From Ignavibacteriales bacterium (GTDB lineage: Bacteria; Bacteroidota; Ignavibacteria; Ignavibacteriales; DAOSCP01): DNA of 64,000 bases. The notes below the pieces were generated by a model. It saw only the letters and a program-made list of their open reading frames with translations, made no database searches and had not been told where the DNA came from. This document shows positions 57,290-64,000 of this stretch, piece by piece (within the stretch, counting starts at the first letter, position 1; every line of letters starts with the position of its first letter). Where the stretch lies: the NCBI GenBank assembly GCA_035379625.1, contig DAOSVM010000003.1, positions 334 through 64,333 on the forward strand. The letters run 5' to 3'. Position numbers and translations under genes: made by a program.

Positions 57290-59335
57290 ATGTTATTTTT
57301 TATAAAAAAACAACTAAAAATGAATAAACTTTTTAACTCCTCTTCTAAATATTTAAGATCTCATGCAAATGATTTAGTTAATTGGCACCTTTGGAATAAA
57401 ACAACCTTAGAACTAGCAAAAATTCAAGACAAACCTATTTTCCTTAGTATTGGTTATAATGCATGTCACTGGTGTCACGTAATGCAACAAGAAGCTTTCA
57501 ATAACCCTGAAATTGCAAATTTCCTTAATAACTTCTTTATCTCTATCAAAGTAGATAAAGAACAACGTCCTGATATTGACCATGTCTATATGGAATATGT
57601 TGTAAGTACAACTGGTTCTGGTGGTTGGCCATTGAATGTTTTTTTGACTCCTAATTTAATACCTTTTTATGGCGGTACATATTTCCCTGCTACCAATAAA
57701 TTTGGAAGAATTTCATTCCTTGAATTGTTAAATAAAATTTATAATGCTTATCTACTCCATCGTAATGAAATTGAAGAAAAAAACAATATATTTTTTCAAA
57801 TTACAACTGTAGAAAATAAATCAATTGGCCAAAATTTCGATGAATTTGATTTTGACTATGCTAACTATTTAATACTTCAAAATAGTGATAAAATTGATGG
57901 TGGCATAGGTAATAATATTAAATTTCCTCATTACCCATTATTACAATATTTATTCAAATACTATTATTTTACAAAAAACGAAAACATCAAAGATTTTTTA
58001 ATTGTTACTTTAAATTCCATGATACAAGGAGGTTTTTACGATCTGATTGATGGTGGTTTTCATAGATATTCTACAAATAAAGATTGGTCTATTCCGCATT
58101 TCGAAAAAATGCTATATGACAATACAGAAATGATTAATCTTTATACTAATGCATTTAAAATTTTCGGCATACAAGATTATAAAGAAGTTGCTATCGATAC
58201 AGCTAATTTTATATTAACTCAATTAAAATCGTCTAAAACACTTTTCTATACTTCAATTGATGCTGATTACAACCACATCGAAGGCGATTATTATATTTTT
58301 TCGGAAAAAGATTTTCAAAATGCACTAGCACCTAGACTATTACAACATTTTGAAGAATTTTTTAATTTAATTGAATTCGAAAATAGATTTATCATCACAA
58401 AATCACTTTACTTCCCCAATAAAACTAATCCACGTTATCAAATAGCTAAAGAAATTATAATTAGTTTGAAAAAATATAGAGAAAAATTCAAAAACAAACA
58501 TATAATAGACGATAAAATTATTGCAAGCAATAACTTAAATTTAGCAAATGCTTTATTAAATCTTTATAAAATAACACAAGATAAAAATTATTATAATTTA
58601 TCGCATCAAATATTAAATACAATTTTGCGTAAAGGATTTGATAATGAGATTCTTTTACACCAAATAAATCATAAGTCTATCGATAAAATCTATGCATTTT
58701 TAGATGATTATAACGCACTAGTTTCACTTTTAATTTCTTTTTACGAATTAACAGCAAATATAAATTATCTATTAAAGGCTAAATATTTTATGGATTTTGT
58801 AATAAAAAATTATTTTGATAATAAAAATTTCATTCTACATTATACCAATAAATTTTTTAATGATTTACCTATAAATCCTGAAATTTATCAGGATACTCCT
58901 ATCAAATCACCTGTTAGCCATTTTCTTGAAAATATTTACTATCTTTCTATTGCTTTTGAAAATCAAGATTACGAAAATATTTTTAACACTCTCATAAAGA
59001 ATAACTTTAGTACTTACAAGATGTACCCTATTCATTACGCTGGAATGCTCGATATAGCTTTTACCTCATTAAAACATAAAAATGAAATAGTAATTTCTTT
59101 CCCAAAAGAAGTTGACATAAATTTGTTATTGAAATTTCATAAAAAATTTTTACCACAAGCTATAATTTTCCCTTGCAAATCGAACGAACAAATAGAAATA
59201 CCAATACTATCCGATAAACTATCAATACAAAATAAAATTACTTATTATTATTGCGAAAATTTTTCTTGCCAAGCCCCTTTATTTGATGAGAATCAAATTT
59301 TCGATTTATTAGGATATTATAATTTGGCACATTAA
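57290..59335 (+). CDS. Thioredoxin-domain protein of the YyaL/DUF255 family (N-terminal Trx-like fold plus (alpha/alpha)6 barrel)
   Basis: The N-terminus matches DUF255 (PIFLSIGYNACHWCHVM...SIKVDKEQRPDID); about 670 aa. The start is probably the internal ATG at 57320. Confidence 0.85.
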   Translation: MLFFIKKQLKMNKLFNSSSKYLRSHANDLVNWHLWNKTTLELAKIQDKPIFLSIGYNACHWCHVMQQEAFNNPEIANFLNNFFISIKVDKEQRPDIDHVYMEYVVSTTGSGGWPLNVFLTPNLIPFYGGTYFPATNKFGRISFLELLNKIYNAYLLHRNEIEEKNNIFFQITTVENKSIGQNFDEFDFDYANYLILQNSDKIDGGIGNNIKFPHYPLLQYLFKYYYFTKNENIKDFLIVTLNSMIQGGFYDLIDGGFHRYSTNKDWSIPHFEKMLYDNTEMINLYTNAFKIFGIQDYKEVAIDTANFILTQLKSSKTLFYTSIDADYNHIEGDYYIFSEKDFQNALAPRLLQHFEEFFNLIEFENRFIITKSLYFPNKTNPRYQIAKEIIISLKKYREKFKNKHIIDDKIIASNNLNLANALLNLYKITQDKNYYNLSHQILNTILRKGFDNEILLHQINHKSIDKIYAFLDDYNALVSLLISFYELTANINYLLKAKYFMDFVIKNYFDNKNFILHYTNKFFNDLPINPEIYQDTPIKSPVSHFLENIYYLSIAFENQDYENIFNTLIKNNFSTYKMYPIHYAGMLDIAFTSLKHKNEIVISFPKEVDINLLLKFHKKFLPQAIIFPCKSNEQIEIPILSDKLSIQNKITYYYCENFSCQAPLFDENQIFDLLGYYNLAH

Positions 59336-59375
59336 TTGATTATTCATAAATATAATATAATTTATAATACTTATT

Positions 59376-59990
59376 ATGAAATCAGCTCTTTTTTACTTAA
59401 ATCTTTTTGCAATTTTTTTTATCGTTCAATTATCTAATTTTGTTACAAAATTAAATGAGCAAACTGGTGATATTAATTTTTCTATTTTTTTCGCATTAGC
59501 GGTTACTAATTTTCTTTTAGGATTTATATTATCACCACAATCTAACCTCGAAAAAACCATTAAATTTCTTACTATCTTATTATTTTCTTCAGTACTAATT
59601 ACAATCCCCGTAGGTTACAATTACATCATTTTTGTCCCACAACGAGAAATTAAGATTTATCTTACAATTAATATGGTCTTTAAAAATATATTATTATTTG
59701 CTTTTGCATACTCAGGTTTGATTATAACAGAATTAAAAAAATTAAAACTAAAAAATTACGAATTAACAAATGAACTTGATAAAATAAATTCCGAAACTAT
59801 GCAAAATATTAAAAAAGCGGAACTACATCTTTATGAAGCTAAATTACAAGCTAATGAAATGTTAGAAAATGCAAAGTTGGAATTAAACAATCTTAAAAAT
59901 GGGAAAAAACATATAGAAAATGAAATAAAAGAATTTATAAAAACACAATGGGAAATTATTAAAAATTTCGAAAAGAGTAATTCAAAATGA
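59376..59990 (+). CDS. Hypothetical membrane protein with C-terminal coiled coil
   Basis: Four hydrophobic segments and a charged coiled-coil tail. It overlaps the downstream protease gene by 4 nt. Confidence 0.5.
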   Translation: MKSALFYLNLFAIFFIVQLSNFVTKLNEQTGDINFSIFFALAVTNFLLGFILSPQSNLEKTIKFLTILLFSSVLITIPVGYNYIIFVPQREIKIYLTINMVFKNILLFAFAYSGLIITELKKLKLKNYELTNELDKINSETMQNIKKAELHLYEAKLQANEMLENAKLELNNLKNGKKHIENEIKEFIKTQWEIIKNFEKSNSK

Positions 59991-61060
59991 ATAAATTTTT
60001 ATTTTATATTTTACTAACTTTTCAAATCTTTGCTTTCAATTTTTCCTCACGAAAAACAGAAATTACAGAAGTTGTTAAAAAAGTTAGCCCTGCTGTTGTA
60101 GGCATAACAGTATATCAAACACAAAAATATGTGGACCCTTTTTTCAGTTTTTGGGATGATGACCCTTTTTTTAAACAATTTTTCGGCGATAGAAGTTATA
60201 CTCGTGAAATACAAAGTCTTGGCAGTGGTTTTATAATTAGTGAAGATGGCTATATTGTTACTAATGATCACGTAGCAGGAAATGGCAATAAAATAATTGT
60301 AACTTTAACCAATGGAGAATCTTATAATGCAAAAATTATAGGTACCGATTATACATCCGATATTTGTTTACTCAAAATTGATGTTGATTATAAATTACCT
60401 TTTATTTCTTTAGGTGATTCTAAAGATATTATTATTGGTGAATGGGTTGTTGCTTTAGGAAATCCATTTGGACTTTTCAACATTAATGACCAACCAACTG
60501 TTTCGGTTGGTGTTGTTAGTGCAAAAAATTTGGTTTTAGATCCTTCACAACAAAGATATTATACTGGAATGATTCAAACTGATGCAGCAATAAATGGTGG
60601 AAATAGTGGCGGACCTTTAGTAAATATTAATGGTGAAGTAATTGGAATTAATACAATAATTTATTCCGCCGGAAGTGGCGGGAATATCGGAATTGGATTT
60701 GCTGTTCCAATAAATAAAGTAAAAAAATACATAGAAAAATTTAAAAAAGGTGAAAAAATTAATCGTAATTTTTGGACCGGCTTATCGGTTCAAAATTTAA
60801 ACGATAATATAATTCAAACATTAAAATTAAAATCACGAAAAGGCGTTATTGTTGATGAAGTAGCTAATAATTCACCCGCTTATTATGCTGGTATCAACAT
60901 TGGTGATATAATTACACAAGTTAATGATTATAAAATTTCTAACACTAACCAATTAGTTAGCGTTTTTTATGAATTTGAAGTTAATGATGTTGTAAATGTT
61001 CGTCTAATCAGAAACAATGAGACAATTGAAACTAAAATGAAATTATTAAAAAAAGATTAA
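59987..61060 (+). CDS. HtrA/DegS-like trypsin-family serine protease with one PDZ domain
   Basis: Catalytic triad contexts TNDHV, DICLLKI and GNSGGPLVN, plus a C-terminal PDZ domain. Confidence 0.9.
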   Translation: MNKFLFYILLTFQIFAFNFSSRKTEITEVVKKVSPAVVGITVYQTQKYVDPFFSFWDDDPFFKQFFGDRSYTREIQSLGSGFIISEDGYIVTNDHVAGNGNKIIVTLTNGESYNAKIIGTDYTSDICLLKIDVDYKLPFISLGDSKDIIIGEWVVALGNPFGLFNINDQPTVSVGVVSAKNLVLDPSQQRYYTGMIQTDAAINGGNSGGPLVNINGEVIGINTIIYSAGSGGNIGIGFAVPINKVKKYIEKFKKGEKINRNFWTGLSVQNLNDNIIQTLKLKSRKGVIVDEVANNSPAYYAGINIGDIITQVNDYKISNTNQLVSVFYEFEVNDVVNVRLIRNNETIETKMKLLKKD

Positions 61061-62157
61061 ACAATTTCTTTTGGAAAGAATAAACTAACTTTAGTACCAA
61101 CCCCTTCCTTGCTTATTAAAATAATTCTACCTTTTAACATTTCAACTAATTCTTTAACTATTATTAACCCAAAACCAGTACCCTTTTCTCCCTTTGTCCC
61201 TCTTGTAGTTTTAATAATGGATGGATCAAATAAATGCTTTTGCTGTTCTTCTGATATTCCAATTCCCCTATCCTGGATTACAATTTCTATTTCATCTTTC
61301 ATATTAAACAGAGAAATATAAATATTAGAGTGTGGTAATGAAAATTTTATAGCATTATTCAGTAAATTAACCAAAATTGTTGTTAAGATAGTCTCGTCAG
61401 TTTTAATTTGAGCCTTCGAAATTGATGAAAATAAAATATTTATATTTTTTTCATCAGCGTGTTTAGAATTTATATCGATAACATTATTTATTAGATCAAA
61501 AACTTCAATTTTTTCAAAAGTCGCAGACATATTTTTATTTGAAGCTTTAACCCAATTAAGCAAATTATTTACATAGTATATAAAAGAATTTGCAACTTGT
61601 GAAAGTAAAGTTATTTTTTTAATTGAAATTTCACTACAATTTTCTTTCACATCATCAATTAGTTCATCATCTAAAAGCAAAAATGAATTTAAATGGTTTT
61701 TTATATCGTGGCTTATAATTGATATTAATCTATTTTTTAACTGAATTTCATGTTTCAATTCTTGAATTTTTTCTAATGATAGGATTTTATCTAACACATA
61801 TGCATCATGTAAATCTTTATATTTGTTTGTAATTGTATCCGTTATTTTTATAAAATTTAATAAGAATAAACTTTTATCCACAATATACCTACTAAATATT
61901 AGAACATTTTTCCCACTACGGCTTGTAAAATAGTTTGAGTCGTACATATCACCATTTTTAATATTCTCAAGCCATGTTTTAAATAGCTCAGGATTTTTGA
62001 TGTAATCTAGTACATTTTCTTGACGTATTTTTTCTAAATAAATATCATTCGCTTTAACTACCCTAAAGTCTGAGTTACATAAACAGCTTGGGAAAGATAG
62101 TTCATTTAAACTAATTAAATTTTCAATATTTGCTAAATTTTCAAAACTCATTCTCAT
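61057..62157 (-). CDS. Cytoplasmic sensor histidine kinase
   Basis: H-box ISHDIKNHLNS, N-box LLNNAIKFS, G1 DRGIGIS, G2 GTGFGLIIV. No TM segments. Confidence 0.85.
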   Translation of the reverse strand: MRMSFENLANIENLISLNELSFPSCLCNSDFRVVKANDIYLEKIRQENVLDYIKNPELFKTWLENIKNGDMYDSNYFTSRSGKNVLIFSRYIVDKSLFLLNFIKITDTITNKYKDLHDAYVLDKILSLEKIQELKHEIQLKNRLISIISHDIKNHLNSFLLLDDELIDDVKENCSEISIKKITLLSQVANSFIYYVNNLLNWVKASNKNMSATFEKIEVFDLINNVIDINSKHADEKNINILFSSISKAQIKTDETILTTILVNLLNNAIKFSLPHSNIYISLFNMKDEIEIVIQDRGIGISEEQQKHLFDPSIIKTTRGTKGEKGTGFGLIIVKELVEMLKGRIILISKEGVGTKVSLFFPKEIV

Positions 62158-62352
62158 AACGGTAAATAATTTTAAAATCTGAATTTGAATTTGTTTAATG
62201 ATTGTGAAAAAATCAAGACTTTATATATTAATTTAATATTAATTATATTAATATCAAATTAATTTTTACAATGATAGAATACATTTTATTATAATACAAT
62301 AAAAATATTATTTAGCTGTATTAATCTTTTTGTTAATTGATTATTAAAATTA

Positions 62353-63999
62353 TTAAACCAATACTTTAGGCGTGTAGTTTATAATTTGGTGATCATAAAC
62401 ATTAATCTGTAATTTGTCATAAATCTCATCAATAAAAGTAGGTCCATATTTAGATACAAAATATATCCAACTAATGTATCTTTCTTGGAGTGTAGCTTCT
62501 GGATATAATGAGTTGTGTAATCTTTTAGCTTGCTCTATTAGGATAGAATTTTTTCTTAATTGAGCTTCATTAATTTTTTTCTTTAAAATATTAATTGAAT
62601 GAGCAATATTTTCATATGTTTTATTAAAATTATTTATTAAATTTTGATCAAAATCTTTAGTATCATTTTTCAACCTTTCAAAATCTAGACTAAAATTATT
62701 AAACAACTCATCAACTGCTTCTATTAAATTATTATCAACATTTTGTGAGTTAATTTTGTTGATAAAATCATTGTAATCAATAAATATGTCAATTAATTCA
62801 ATACCCAATTTTTCCAATCTTTTTTCATTTGATTTTTCAACGATAGTAGCACTAGCTCTTGGGTATATTATTGGTTTTACAAGATTAAAATTATCGTATA
62901 TACTAAAAATTTGAGCGAAATAAGCTATCTCGGAAGGACCACCAACATAGAAAACTGTAGGGAAAATGTAATCCTGACAAATTGGCCTTAAAACAACATT
63001 TGGACTAAAATTATAAGGTTCGTTATTTATCATTTCTATTAGTTCATCTGATGTAAGAACCTTATTTATTGATTTAATAATAAATTCTCCATTTCTTTCA
63101 GATGGTTCTATAAGATATCTTGAATTATCATTGGAAAAAAATAAATTAACTGGCCTGATTTTAATTTGAGCATGATAATTTTTCTCCAAATCTGCACTAA
63201 TAGAAACTAATTTTACTGAATGTTCAATATAATTGTTAATTTCATCAATGAAAATTGGCTTTAAATACTCTTTTACATCTTTTTCTATGGTATCAAAAAT
63301 AATTAGTCCATAACGATCGAAAAATTCAAATAACAATTCCTTAAATGCTTGACTAAAAGTTTTATTATTACAATAAATTTTTCTTAGTTTTTCTATTAAA
63401 TTAGATTTGAAACTTGAAATAGGTAAATTATTGTCTAATTGCGTAAGAAATGTTTCAATATTTTTATTTATTTTTAATTTACCAACACTCCCTCTATTTG
63501 TAAATTTCTCAACATCATCGTAAGTAATTTGTTTTAACTCATAATCTTTATCTAATAAATAAACATTTCTAATTTCATCAAAATCGTGATCTTCGACTTC
63601 CATCCAAAAAACCGGCACAAAACGATATTCATCAAATTTATGATTAAGTATATTACATAATTTAATGGTTGTAATAATTTTATAAATGTTGTAAAGAGGG
63701 CCACCAATTATTCCAGCTTGTTGGCCAGTAACAATTGCAAATGTTGTTTTTTCTTTTAAAAGCTCAATATTTTTTTTTGTAATTGTAGATGCTGGGTAAT
63801 CTTTATATTGCTTATTGAGTATTTCAACTAATTTTTCTCTATTATGGTAATTTGAGTTCATTATCTCTTGCATTGTTGCGAAAAGATCTTCTGCCTCACG
63901 AAAGTTTTTGTGATAATATTCTTTTACTTCATCAAAGTTATTAATATAATTTAAAAATAATTTAGAAAAATCTTCAAATTTTGAAAAATCAATATTCAT
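62353..63999 (-). CDS. bshC: Bacillithiol biosynthesis cysteine-adding enzyme BshC
   Basis: Characteristic VTGQQAGIIGGPLYNIYK motif and a length of about 548 aa. The start codon is at 63997-63999, just inside the window. Confidence 0.85.
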   Translation of the reverse strand: MNIDFSKFEDFSKLFLNYINNFDEVKEYYHKNFREAEDLFATMQEIMNSNYHNREKLVEILNKQYKDYPASTITKKNIELLKEKTTFAIVTGQQAGIIGGPLYNIYKIITTIKLCNILNHKFDEYRFVPVFWMEVEDHDFDEIRNVYLLDKDYELKQITYDDVEKFTNRGSVGKLKINKNIETFLTQLDNNLPISSFKSNLIEKLRKIYCNNKTFSQAFKELLFEFFDRYGLIIFDTIEKDVKEYLKPIFIDEINNYIEHSVKLVSISADLEKNYHAQIKIRPVNLFFSNDNSRYLIEPSERNGEFIIKSINKVLTSDELIEMINNEPYNFSPNVVLRPICQDYIFPTVFYVGGPSEIAYFAQIFSIYDNFNLVKPIIYPRASATIVEKSNEKRLEKLGIELIDIFIDYNDFINKINSQNVDNNLIEAVDELFNNFSLDFERLKNDTKDFDQNLINNFNKTYENIAHSINILKKKINEAQLRKNSILIEQAKRLHNSLYPEATLQERYISWIYFVSKYGPTFIDEIYDKLQINVYDHQIINYTPKVLV

Positions 64000-64000
64000 T

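Overview
64-kb, strongly AT-rich chromosomal window (about 30% GC by eye; intergenic DNA is lower). BshC, a PorX-like REC-PglZ regulator and a three-subunit Sdh/Frd with a b-type cytochrome anchor suggest an FCB-group bacterium (Ignavibacteria/Bacteroidota-like); this is inference only. Most of the window is ordinary, densely packed housekeeping and signalling DNA: sppA, a YfiR-like/PAS histidine kinase/REC-HDOD/REC-HD-GYP-like cluster, a CPA2 antiporter, an RqcH-like gene, fcl, queD, SpoIID, an Omp85-like gene plus a GT2, rlmN, EVE, trxA, sdhCAB, a six-gene envelope operon of unknown function, ruvCA, pruA, trxB, queG, rfbA, a TPR protein, an APC permease, a marR-tolC-MFP-RND efflux operon, YyaL, HtrA and bshC. 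I found no rRNA, tRNA, CRISPR, transposase, phage or recognisable defence genes. The most interesting signal is non-coding. It is a repeat family I cannot classify, with two full copies (23589-24124 and 48787-49525) and two solo ends (16716-16737, 27614-27664). Each full copy has 22-nt terminal inverted repeats, GC-rich hairpins that stand out from the AT-rich spacer, and 55-bp-phased AT-rich repeats. Both full copies sit between convergent genes. Their flanking terminator modules are homologous and lie in the same orientation, but their interiors are inverted relative to each other, which looks like an inverton. The two copies also bracket a 24.6-kb housekeeping segment as inverted repeats. 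Other notable items: a 478-bp inverted-repeat-bounded non-coding element with coding-like GC (55760-56237) next to a Cache protein that lacks an output domain; a multi-PAS histidine kinase split by a frameshift at an A6 run; a catalytically degenerate HD-GYP response regulator; and SppA with an unusual N-terminal extension.
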